A DNA stretch of 64,000 nt from an uncultured Ohtaekwangia sp. (GTDB lineage Bacteria > Bacteroidota > Bacteroidia > Cytophagales > Cyclobacteriaceae), in the NCBI GenBank assembly GCA_964488465.1, contig CAZAUN010000017.1, positions 5,663 to 69,662 on the forward strand. Direction: 5' to 3'. Within the stretch, counting starts at the first letter, position 1. Every line of letters begins with the position of its first letter. Shown one piece after another: positions 47,995 through 57,005 of the stretch. Position numbers and translations under genes: made by a program. Under the pieces are notes generated by a model. That model searched no databases. It was not told the origin of the DNA and was given only the letters and a program-made list of their open reading frames with translations.

Positions 47995-50139
47995 TCATCT
48001 CCGTCTGCCGCCACCTCCACGGGCTCCGGTTGCACCGCCCCGGTAGGAGCTCCCCACATTGCCGCCCCGGTTCATATTGTTGAAGTTGGAGTTTTGTTGG
48101 GCGCTGCGCTGGCGGTTTTCGTAGTCGCGGTTCATCTGGCTGTTCTGCTGCGTTTGCTTCCATTGATTGCCATCCCGTTGGTTCCAGTTTCCGTTATTCT
48201 CGCGTTGATACACGTTGCCATTGCGATCGGAATAAACATCTGCATCTTTTCGGGGTCCAGCCGCTGGTTGCTGTCCTGCCTGCGGCCGGTTTTGGTTGGC
48301 CTTGTTGTCGCGGTTGGAAACCGAGGGTTGACGATTTTGGTCGCGGGTGGAAACGGAAGGATTGCCGCTATTCTGACCACGTCTTACATCGTTGGTGTTC
48401 ACATCGTTTCTGCGGTTGTAAATATTGTTGGACCGATCCACATTGATATTGACATCTCCATTAATATAGGTGGGTCCTCGGCCACCATACATACCCCCGC
48501 GATAGGGTGGATAATAGGGTGGCCGATGATAGGGCGGACCCCAATAGCCGCCACCACCGTACATGCTGTAATGAAACCAACCACTGCTGTAGTGAAAACC
48601 CATGCTCCATCCTGTCCACGGATTATAGTGCATGCTAAATCCATACGTAACCGGACGCGGATAATAATAGGGCCCATACCATGGTGAGTAATAATACCCT
48701 GTACCATACACCACCGTTGGCCCGTACACATAGCATCCCATGTACCCAGGCGTATATCCGACATACACTACGTCCGGAGTTGATTCGTATACATACACAT
48801 ACTTTACATTGTACACGGTGGAACTGGCCGGAATGTTATCCACGTCCTTCGGTCGTTCATCGCTCACCTTCCAGGGACCTTTTGCACTGCCGGCAACAAA
48901 CCAAACGCCCTTATCGACACAATAATATTTACTTCCCGACTTCAACACCGTGCTGCTGGTATTCATGGCCAACTCCAGCGAGGTACCTTCAATCTTTTCA
49001 AATTTGGGTTCGCCATCATACGTTACCGTGCACGTGGCGGTCTTGCGATCTACCTTGGCGGTCTGTGGCACCTGGGCATCGCGAATGGCATCCTGGCTGG
49101 CGGCCGTTCCGGCCACACTCACCAACACGTTGTCCTTGGCCGATCCTTCCGGAATATTGGCAAAGTCCTTCGGAAGCTGATCGGAAGCAACGTACGTCCA
49201 AGAACCTTCCAATTTCGTAGCCGTATACCAGCGCCCGGAGAGAAGCACGTAGAAGTGCTGGTCATTCATGTACTTAAAAATGTCATCGTCTGAATTGGAA
49301 ACATAGAGCAGGTAGGTACCTTCTATATTGGAAAAATTGGCTTCGCCTTTGGATTGAAGAAGTTCGGCCGGTTTCACACTTACCAGTATGGCGGGTGGAT
49401 CGGTTTCGGTAGTCTGAACTTTTTCCGATTGCTTTTTCTTTACCTGTTGATCGAGGGCAGCGATGGATTTCGGTAACGGGGACACCGGTTGATATCCTTC
49501 TTTCAGGCTGGAAGAACTATACCAGAATTGTCCACCATACAAATAATACTTTTTGTCTTCGGGGTTTTCAACGATCAGAAAGGGAGTGTTCACTACCCGC
49601 TTCATTTTTAATTCTTTGTCGTCCTGAAGTTTCGGTTCGCCATCCAGTAAGACCAGGGTGGTCGGTTGTGTTACATAATAAATCGTGGGGGGATCGTTCT
49701 TCAGATCTTCACTGCTGATGGACTGCTCCTGTTCGATGGTGGCGGTAATGTCATCCAGCGAACTGGTCAGGTTCCATAGCGGGATCTCCTGTTCCAGGAG
49801 CATTTTTAATTTCTCCAGTTTCTGTGTGTCTTCGATACCGGGAAGTTTCACTTCCTCAATGTGGATGCTCTCCATGGTAACGGTCCGCGTGTCGAGATCG
49901 GTCATCATGGTGGAGGAGTACCAAAACACACCAAATACCGGTTCAGCCCCTGCGGTTTCAACCGCTGAGAAAGCAGCCCGACCCTTAATGATATTTCCCT
50001 GCATGGATTCCGGTTGCGGTTGATAAATGGTAATCACGGCACCGCTTTTCGCAACAATTTCTTTCGGCCATTGAGCGAACGTCCCTGCTTCGGGTAATAA
50101 AAGAAACAGAATACAATAAAATACAAACCCAGGTTTCAT
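47995..50139 (-). CDS. Secreted repeat protein with Tyr/Gly/Pro/Trp-rich segment and Asn/Gln/Arg-rich disordered tail
   Basis: 714 aa with signal peptide ..GTFA-QW. Three ~90-aa repeats share 'GEPK(F/L)..I.GT..L..V.N....(F/V)......YY.L..G.W(Y/F)......GPW..V.....P..F..IP'. These are followed by ~100 aa of Y/G/P/W and ~156 aa of N/Q/R/G/D. Confidence 0.7.
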   Translation of the reverse strand: MKPGFVFYCILFLLLPEAGTFAQWPKEIVAKSGAVITIYQPQPESMQGNIIKGRAAFSAVETAGAEPVFGVFWYSSTMMTDLDTRTVTMESIHIEEVKLPGIEDTQKLEKLKMLLEQEIPLWNLTSSLDDITATIEQEQSISSEDLKNDPPTIYYVTQPTTLVLLDGEPKLQDDKELKMKRVVNTPFLIVENPEDKKYYLYGGQFWYSSSSLKEGYQPVSPLPKSIAALDQQVKKKQSEKVQTTETDPPAILVSVKPAELLQSKGEANFSNIEGTYLLYVSNSDDDIFKYMNDQHFYVLLSGRWYTATKLEGSWTYVASDQLPKDFANIPEGSAKDNVLVSVAGTAASQDAIRDAQVPQTAKVDRKTATCTVTYDGEPKFEKIEGTSLELAMNTSSTVLKSGSKYYCVDKGVWFVAGSAKGPWKVSDERPKDVDNIPASSTVYNVKYVYVYESTPDVVYVGYTPGYMGCYVYGPTVVYGTGYYYSPWYGPYYYPRPVTYGFSMHYNPWTGWSMGFHYSSGWFHYSMYGGGGYWGPPYHRPPYYPPYRGGMYGGRGPTYINGDVNINVDRSNNIYNRRNDVNTNDVRRGQNSGNPSVSTRDQNRQPSVSNRDNKANQNRPQAGQQPAAGPRKDADVYSDRNGNVYQRENNGNWNQRDGNQWKQTQQNSQMNRDYENRQRSAQQNSNFNNMNRGGNVGSSYRGGATGARGGGGRRR

Positions 50140-50149
50140 CTTCTTGTAG

Positions 50150-51544
50150 TTAGAGTTCTATGCTATCCCCCATTTTTGGCAAGAGGGCATTCAATTTATA
50201 CTTATTCTTGATCAATCGTGAGAGTTCGATTCGGGGACCCTCTTCCCCATGGGTGAGCATCACCTTAGGCTTTGCGGGTGCTAAGGTGGAGAACCACTTC
50301 AATAAATCCGTTTGCCCGGCATGGGCACTAAACCCATTGAGGGTATGTACCTGGGCCAGCACTTTTCTGGATTCACCAAAAATGGAAATGCGGGGAACCC
50401 GGTCAACCAATTGCCGTCCCAGCGAACCCTCGGTTTGATACCCCACAATCAACACATGGGTGTTTGCATTGCCCAGGTTGTGCGACAAGTGATGGAGGAT
50501 GCGGCCACCGTTGCACATGCCGGCACCGGCCAAAATCATACACGGTCCTTTTACCTCATTGAGCTTCTTTGAAGACTCGGCTGTGGCGCTGGGAATAAAA
50601 TAGTTGGCGCTTAACGGGAATACTCCTTTTCGCTGAAGGGTATGATACTCATCATCCAACATCTCCTGGTGATTTCGATACACATCAAATGCGGCCAACG
50701 CCATCGGGCTGTCGAGGTACACGGGGAAGGCCGGAATTCGTTTATCATGAAACATTTCGGCCAAGTGATAAATGATCTGTTGTGCCCGGCCTACCGCAAA
50801 TGTAGGCACCAACATTTTTCCACCCGAAGCATGCGCTTGCTTTACAATGCGTTCAAACTCTGCCAGTGTATCGTCAAACGTTTTGTGATCGCGATCGCCA
50901 TAGGTAGATTCCATGATCACCAGATCCGCCTGATAGAGTTGTTCGAAGGGCTTCAACAACGGTAAACTCAAAGGACCCAAATCCCCGGAGAAAATCACCA
51001 CTTTACGCTTTCCTTTTTCAGTAACAGTTAGTTCAATACTTCCCGAGCCCAACATGTGACCAGCTTCCATCCACCGGGCAGTGATTCCCGGTGCCACTTT
51101 TACGGGTTGGTTCAACGCTACCGGCTGGTTTAGTTCTTTCATTAACTCTACATGCTCAGAATTATACAAGGGCTCTACCAAAGGCATTCCTTTACGCCAC
51201 TGTTTCCGATTTTGCCGCACGGCATCCGCTACCTGCAGACGGGCCGAGTCCTGAAGGATGATGGCTGCTAAATCGATCGTCTGCTGCGTACAAAATATCG
51301 GACCATTGTAGCCATACTTTACCAACAGGGGCACACGCCCGGTATGATCGAGGTGGCCATGGGTAAGCAGAACTGCATCAATTTCTTTTACTCTTGTTCC
51401 CGCAGGTATTTTATTTTTTGCCTCCGAGGCTTTACCACCCTGAAACATCCCCGCATCAATCAGTATAGAAGCCTGATCCGTTTGAACTAAATAGCACGAA
51501 CCGGTTACTTCACCCCCGGCTGCACCTAACACTTTTACTCTCAT
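50150..51544 (-). CDS. MBL-fold beta-CASP family (RNA-metabolising) metallo-hydrolase
   Basis: 464 aa with 'LLTHGHLDHTG' (HxHxDH), 'ESTYGDRDH' and 'NGFSAHAGQTDLLKW', which are beta-CASP motifs. Confidence 0.85.
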   Translation of the reverse strand: MRVKVLGAAGGEVTGSCYLVQTDQASILIDAGMFQGGKASEAKNKIPAGTRVKEIDAVLLTHGHLDHTGRVPLLVKYGYNGPIFCTQQTIDLAAIILQDSARLQVADAVRQNRKQWRKGMPLVEPLYNSEHVELMKELNQPVALNQPVKVAPGITARWMEAGHMLGSGSIELTVTEKGKRKVVIFSGDLGPLSLPLLKPFEQLYQADLVIMESTYGDRDHKTFDDTLAEFERIVKQAHASGGKMLVPTFAVGRAQQIIYHLAEMFHDKRIPAFPVYLDSPMALAAFDVYRNHQEMLDDEYHTLQRKGVFPLSANYFIPSATAESSKKLNEVKGPCMILAGAGMCNGGRILHHLSHNLGNANTHVLIVGYQTEGSLGRQLVDRVPRISIFGESRKVLAQVHTLNGFSAHAGQTDLLKWFSTLAPAKPKVMLTHGEEGPRIELSRLIKNKYKLNALLPKMGDSIEL

Positions 51545-51568
51545 CCCTTGAATGCGGTTATTTTCTGA

Positions 51569-52144
51569 TCAACTCCCTTTTGACTCTGCCAGCACCTTCT
51601 CAGCATATAACCAGGCGAATTTCCGGAGTTGCAGGTAATTCATTTTACCTTTCAATCCCAGGCGTTCTACCAGGTCGTTCAGTGCTTTGGTAAACACTTC
51701 ATAAGTATTCAACCGTTCAGGCTCCAACGGAAGCTTATTTTCCACAATATAGCGCTTGTAAAAGTCAAGGTACTGATCGCTGTAAATCGGAAACACCTCG
51801 GGCCTGTGATAGTTGCAATACACCGATGCAAAATGCAATAAATAGGTTGGTTTACCCTGGATGGTTGCATGGGCAATGTCCTCCACCACGGTTAGATCTC
51901 CCCGCATTAAGCGATCATCGATCTTGAGATTTAAAATATGACTGACGAGTTCATCGGTGTTGCCAAGTTGCTGAAGACCGGGATCATCGCTGATCGCACT
52001 GATTTTTGTCCGGATGTCGTCTGCATTAGTGTTTTGCGGATTCTTTTGAAACAGCGCCAGGTTCCGCGTATCGTTCACGAAATACATTTCCTGGCCGGCA
52101 AAAATATCCAGGTACTTTTTCAGAATGTCTTGAAAGGAGTTCAT
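51569..52144 (-). CDS. Hypothetical cytoplasmic protein
   Basis: 191 aa, no signal peptide or TM helix. Lies 24 nt upstream of the beta-CASP gene on the same strand. No family recognised. Confidence 0.55.
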   Translation of the reverse strand: MNSFQDILKKYLDIFAGQEMYFVNDTRNLALFQKNPQNTNADDIRTKISAISDDPGLQQLGNTDELVSHILNLKIDDRLMRGDLTVVEDIAHATIQGKPTYLLHFASVYCNYHRPEVFPIYSDQYLDFYKRYIVENKLPLEPERLNTYEVFTKALNDLVERLGLKGKMNYLQLRKFAWLYAEKVLAESKGS

Positions 52145-52303
52145 GCTGATGGATTTTGATGCTACCGAATTACATTCAGATGATTGCCTGAAGGTACGGA
52201 ATCAAACAAAATATGGGACTAAGGAATATTACCGGATTCGCTGATTTATATCATGAATAAAAGTAACTTTCTATAGTAGATTTCCGCTCGAAATTGATTC
52301 GAT

Positions 52304-54346
52304 ATGAAGGCGAAACGTGTAGAAACTCAACCCGGCCAACCTTTTCCCATCGGGCCAACCCCGATGGCCGGAGGTGTTAACTTTTGTCTCTTCTCAAAGA
52401 ATGCAGAACAGGTTGATCTCGTATTATTTGATCACGCTGAGGATGAAAAACCGAGTCAGGTGATCACCTTTGATCCCATTCAGAACAAAACCTATCACTA
52501 TTGGCATGGGTTTGTACCCCACGTACAGGCGGGACAATTGTATGCTTATCGCATCAGTGGGCCGCATGATGTAGTGAAGGGGCATCGGTTTGATCCGCAG
52601 TTCTTTTTGTTGGACCCTTATGGCAAAGCGATTGTCACGCCAACAAACAAAAAGGGCACCTCCATACCCATGAAAAGTGTTGTTTGCGATCTTCATCAAT
52701 ATGATTGGGAAAACGATCAGCATCCCAAACGGCCTTTTGCCCAAACCGTCATTTATGAAATGCACGTGGCAGGATTTACCAAAAATCCCAATTCCGGAGT
52801 TCCTGCTGCCAAACGGGGAACCTATAGCGGTCTGATTGAAAAAATCCCCTACCTCACCGAATTGGGAATTACTGCCGTGGAATTGTTGCCCGTCTTTCAA
52901 TTTGACAACCGCGTGACGCAGGAAGGAAGGAGTAACTACTGGGGGTATAGCCCCATTTCGTTCTTTGCCATCCATCAGGGTTATGGCAGCACGAATAATC
53001 CACTCAAGACCCTGGATGAATTCCGCGACCTGGTCAAAGCCTTTCACCGGGCCGGAATTGAAGTGATTCTGGATGTGGTCTTCAATCACACAGGCGAAGG
53101 TGGTGAAGGTGGCCCCACCTATTCATTCCGAGGCATTGATAACAGCATCTATTATACGTTGGAATCAGATAAAACTCATTATGCTAACTATTCCGGGTGT
53201 GGCAATACACTCAATGCCAATCACCCCATTGTGCGCAGAATGATCCTTGACAGTTTACATTTCTGGGTAAAGGAGATGCACGTAGATGGATTCCGTTTTG
53301 ATCTGGCGTCCATTCTTTCGCGCGATGAACATGGACGGCCGATTGAAAATCCACCCATCCTATGGGACATTGAATCCGACCCGGTGTTGGCCGGCACCAA
53401 GCTGATTGCCGAAGCCTGGGATGCTGCCGGACTTTACCAGGTAGGTAATTTCATTGGCGACAGCTGGAAGGAATGGAACGGCAAATTCAGAGACGATGTG
53501 CGGAGTTTTATGAAAGGCGATTCCGGAGTAGTAAAACGGTTTGTCACCCGCCTCGTGGGAAGTCCGGATTTATTTGCCCATCAGGAACGCGAACCCGAAC
53601 AGAGCATCAACTTCGTTACCTGTCACGATGGTTTTACCCTCAACGATTTGGTATCCTATAACGAAAAACACAACGAAGCCAATGGTGAAGAAAACCGCGA
53701 TGGCGGCAATGACAACCTGAGTTGGAACGGTGGCGAGGAAGGCCCCACTTCCAACCCGGACATTGAAGCGTGGCGCAACCGGCAAATCAAAAACTTCTTT
53801 ACCATCAATTTACTTTCGGTAGGCGCCCCCATGATTTTAATGGGCGATGAAGTGCGCAGAACCCAACAGGGAAATAACAATGCCTATTGCCAGGACAATG
53901 AACTCAGCTGGTTTGATTGGAGCCAGGTAAAAAAACATGCTGACCTGTTTCGCTTTGTGAAACTTCTGCTCGACTACCGGCTCGCGCGCGATTTATCGAA
54001 GGCGGAGTATGCCATGAGCTTAAGGGAACTGATGGATCAACGGCTAATCACCTGGCATGGGGTTAAGGTGAATGAGCCGGATTGGGCCGATCATTCGCAT
54101 AGCATTGCTTTTACGGTGCAAGCCTTGAGTGGCACCCTGGCTATGCACTTCATGATCAATGCCTATTCGGAGCCACTTACCTTTGAATTGCCCAAAGTAA
54201 GCATCGGACCCGTGACGCTCTGGAGGCGATGGATTGATACCAACCGACCAACTCCCGAGGATATAACCGAATGGGGAAAAGCCCCTGCTGTCACAGAATC
54301 AACCTATACCGTTGATGCATTTTCGGTTGTGATCCTTGTAAACTGA
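52304..54346 (+). CDS. glgX: Glycogen debranching enzyme (isoamylase-type GH13)
   Basis: 680 aa with 'VILDVVFNHTGEG', 'GFRFDLASIL', 'LIAEAWD' and 'FVTCHDGFTLNDL'. Confidence 0.9.
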   Translation: MKAKRVETQPGQPFPIGPTPMAGGVNFCLFSKNAEQVDLVLFDHAEDEKPSQVITFDPIQNKTYHYWHGFVPHVQAGQLYAYRISGPHDVVKGHRFDPQFFLLDPYGKAIVTPTNKKGTSIPMKSVVCDLHQYDWENDQHPKRPFAQTVIYEMHVAGFTKNPNSGVPAAKRGTYSGLIEKIPYLTELGITAVELLPVFQFDNRVTQEGRSNYWGYSPISFFAIHQGYGSTNNPLKTLDEFRDLVKAFHRAGIEVILDVVFNHTGEGGEGGPTYSFRGIDNSIYYTLESDKTHYANYSGCGNTLNANHPIVRRMILDSLHFWVKEMHVDGFRFDLASILSRDEHGRPIENPPILWDIESDPVLAGTKLIAEAWDAAGLYQVGNFIGDSWKEWNGKFRDDVRSFMKGDSGVVKRFVTRLVGSPDLFAHQEREPEQSINFVTCHDGFTLNDLVSYNEKHNEANGEENRDGGNDNLSWNGGEEGPTSNPDIEAWRNRQIKNFFTINLLSVGAPMILMGDEVRRTQQGNNNAYCQDNELSWFDWSQVKKHADLFRFVKLLLDYRLARDLSKAEYAMSLRELMDQRLITWHGVKVNEPDWADHSHSIAFTVQALSGTLAMHFMINAYSEPLTFELPKVSIGPVTLWRRWIDTNRPTPEDITEWGKAPAVTESTYTVDAFSVVILVN

Positions 54347-54478
54347 TTCGGATAAGATTGAATTATATTTGCAGAAACAAATGACATTCATAATAGAATA
54401 AGCACGATTTGGTTACCAATTTTCGGTATCTTTAATCAGGGGGGATTTCCACGGTTCAGGCGCAATTCACAACACTTC

Positions 54479-55831
54479 ATGATCATCTTTCAGCTCGCGA
54501 TTCTTCTGATCTGCATCTTCATCGGTGCCCGCATGTCAGGTATTGGTTTGGGGGTAATGGGCATGATTGGTTTACTCATTCTCATGTTTGGTTTTGGCTT
54601 GCAACCGGCCGATCCGCCCCTGGAAGTGATGCTCATCATTTTAAGCGTGGTTACTGCTGCGGCAGCCTTGCAGGCAGCCGGAGGCATGGACTATTTAGTT
54701 CAGGTAGCCGGTAAAATTCTGCGCAGAAATCCTAAACAAATCACCTTTCTGGGCCCCCTCATCACCTACGGCTTTGTTCTGTTTGCCGGCACCGCGCATA
54801 TTTCTTATTCGATCATGCCGATCATTGCTGAGGTGGCCATCAAAAACCGAATTCGCCCGGAGCGCGCCATGAGCATGAGTGTGACCGCAGCCCACATGGC
54901 CATTACAGCGAGTCCCGTTTCGGCAGCAGCTGCTGCGTTGCTCACCGTATTGGGTGTGCAAGGTGTGAAGCTCGCTGACATCTTACTAATCGCAATACCT
55001 TCTACCCTTATTGGTGTGGTTGCGGGAATTTTGTTTGTGTGGAAGCGTGGAAAGGAATTAAGTGAGGATCCGGAATTTCAAGAGCGCATGAAGGATCCCA
55101 CCTTTGCTGCCAACCTGGAAGGAGCTGGTAAAAAAGAAGAATTTGTAAGGGCACCCGGTGCTATTAAATCGGTCATCATTTTTGGATTAGCGGTAGTGGC
55201 TGTTGTTATATTAGGTTCCTTCCCGCAGTTGCTACCGGAGTTTGGAAACAAACCCGGATTTTCTCCCGGCTTTGCTGTCAATGAAGCGGGGCATGTGTTA
55301 ATGCCTTCCATGATCATGATGATTATGCTGGCCGCCACCGGACTGATTGTATTATTCGCCAATACAACAGCCGCGAAAGTCACGAAGGCAAGTTTGTTCT
55401 CATCGGCAGGCCAGGCAACGATTGCCGTCTTCGGTGTGGTTTGGATGAGCGGAACATTTATGAATAACAACTTTGAAGTAATTCAAAAAACGTTGGGTGA
55501 TCTTGTGTCATCCTATCCGTGGTCGTTTGCCATCGCCTTATTTATGCTTAGTATGTTGTTGTACAGTCAGGCGTCTACTGCAAAAGCATTGATGCCTTTG
55601 GGCTTAGCCCTTGGACTTCCACCGGCTTACCTGATCGGGATTTTTCCAGCGTGTAACGGACATTTCTTTATTCCCGGGTATCCGACATTGCTAACCGCCA
55701 TTCAGTTTGACCGCACGGGCACAACCCGGATCGGTAAATACGTTTTGAACCACAGTTTTATGCTCCCCGGACTGGTCACTACGGTTGTCTCAGTAGTGGC
55801 CGGAATACTCTTACAATCCATTTTACTTTAA
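54479..55831 (+). CDS. dcuA: Anaerobic C4-dicarboxylate transporter (DcuA/DcuB family)
   Basis: 450 aa. Colinear with E. coli DcuA as recalled: 'IFIGARMSGIGLG', 'LRRNPKQITFLGP', 'LLYSQASTAKALMP', 'FDRTGTTRIGKYVLNH'. Confidence 0.9.
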   Translation: MIIFQLAILLICIFIGARMSGIGLGVMGMIGLLILMFGFGLQPADPPLEVMLIILSVVTAAAALQAAGGMDYLVQVAGKILRRNPKQITFLGPLITYGFVLFAGTAHISYSIMPIIAEVAIKNRIRPERAMSMSVTAAHMAITASPVSAAAAALLTVLGVQGVKLADILLIAIPSTLIGVVAGILFVWKRGKELSEDPEFQERMKDPTFAANLEGAGKKEEFVRAPGAIKSVIIFGLAVVAVVILGSFPQLLPEFGNKPGFSPGFAVNEAGHVLMPSMIMMIMLAATGLIVLFANTTAAKVTKASLFSSAGQATIAVFGVVWMSGTFMNNNFEVIQKTLGDLVSSYPWSFAIALFMLSMLLYSQASTAKALMPLGLALGLPPAYLIGIFPACNGHFFIPGYPTLLTAIQFDRTGTTRIGKYVLNHSFMLPGLVTTVVSVVAGILLQSILL

Positions 55832-55872
55832 ACATGTTGAACTAACGATTGACTATTAAAAACTAAACAACA

Positions 55873-56934
55873 ATGACTATGAAAAAGCTGCTTTCTATTT
55901 TAATACTTCTGATCTGGACAGTACAAGTTCAGGGGCAGACGCAAAAATTACCCAGGGTAATCATATTAGCTACCGGTGGAACCATTGCCGGGGCTGGTGC
56001 TTCCGCTGACCGGGCAGGCTATACGGCCGGTAAAATTCCGATTGACGACCTGATCGGTACGATTCCGTCCGTGAAGAAAATTGCCTCGATCTCCGGTGAG
56101 CAAATTGCTTCCGTAGGGAGCCAGGATATGACCATTGAGATCTGGAAAAAGCTGGCCATTCGTGCCAATGAGATTTTTGCGAAAAACGAGGCCGATGCCA
56201 TTGTAGTAACCCACGGCACCGACACGCAGGAAGAGACGGCATACTTTCTTGATCTGGTTATTCCTTCCGATAGACCCGTAGTGCTTACCGGTTCGATGCG
56301 TCCGGCCACGGCCATCAGTGCGGACGGTCCAAAAAATCTGTACGATGCCATTACGGTAGCGATTCATCCTGATACAAAGGGAAGAGGGGTATTGGTGAGC
56401 TTCAACGAGGGCATTTACGATGCCCGCGAGGTGATGAAGATGAGTACTACCAAAACAAACGCATTTGATTCTCCCAATACAGGAGCGGTTGGTCAGGCGT
56501 ACGATGGCCGGGTTGAATATTATTCAAACGCGGTTCGGGAAGTAAATCCGCCCAAACCCATCCAGTTAACAGCCAATACCAAATTGCCCCGGGTAGATAT
56601 TGTGTACATGTATGCCGATGCACCGGCTGATCAGATTGATTTTCTTATCAGTAAAAAGGTTGACGGTATCGTGATTGCCGGTGTCGGAAACGGAAACTTT
56701 AACAAAGCCTACACGGAAGCCGTGAAACGGGCCGTGAAGGCAGGCATTGTTGTATGCCGCGCCAGTCGGGCTCCATCCGGCAGGGTGGTTCTTCATGATG
56801 AAATCAATGATGACGAACTGGGCACGATTGTTTCGGATGATCTTACTGCGCAGAAAGCCAGGGTACTATTGATGCTTGCACTTACCCGGACCAAAGACCG
56901 GAAGCAGCTTCAGGAAATTTTCTTCACGTATTAA
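55873..56934 (+). CDS. ansB: Periplasmic L-asparaginase type II
   Basis: 353 aa with a signal peptide (..TVQVQG-QT). 'ILATGGTIAG' and 'THGTDTQEETAYFLDL'. Near full-length colinearity with E. coli AnsB. Confidence 0.95.
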   Translation: MTMKKLLSILILLIWTVQVQGQTQKLPRVIILATGGTIAGAGASADRAGYTAGKIPIDDLIGTIPSVKKIASISGEQIASVGSQDMTIEIWKKLAIRANEIFAKNEADAIVVTHGTDTQEETAYFLDLVIPSDRPVVLTGSMRPATAISADGPKNLYDAITVAIHPDTKGRGVLVSFNEGIYDAREVMKMSTTKTNAFDSPNTGAVGQAYDGRVEYYSNAVREVNPPKPIQLTANTKLPRVDIVYMYADAPADQIDFLISKKVDGIVIAGVGNGNFNKAYTEAVKRAVKAGIVVCRASRAPSGRVVLHDEINDDELGTIVSDDLTAQKARVLLMLALTRTKDRKQLQEIFFTY

Positions 56935-57005
56935 TTTGTGGTTGTTAGTAAAAATTAAAGACTAGCAACTAACAACTTTCATCTGACAACTAAAGACAAG
57001 CAAAA

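Noticed and set aside
48094-49220. Long plus-strand ORFs (197 aa and 179 aa, with several smaller ones) opposite the 3' part of the 714-aa gene.
   Set aside because: They arise from the low-complexity, stop-poor codon usage of the Tyr/Gly/Pro and Asn/Gln/Arg regions. The minus-strand frame is continuous with a signal peptide and structured repeats, so it is the real gene.
52424-53089. 221-aa ORF antisense to glgX.
   Set aside because: This is a shadow ORF within a conserved GH13 gene. It has no signal, motif or independent intergenic context.
54364-54371. TATATTTG upstream of dcuA, matching the Bacteroidota -7 promoter consensus TAnnTTTG.
   Set aside because: There is no well-spaced -33 TTTG. 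The nearest TTG is ~25 nt upstream against the ~19-21 nt that I recall as typical. A single 8-mer match in AT-rich DNA is weak, so I did not report it as a feature.
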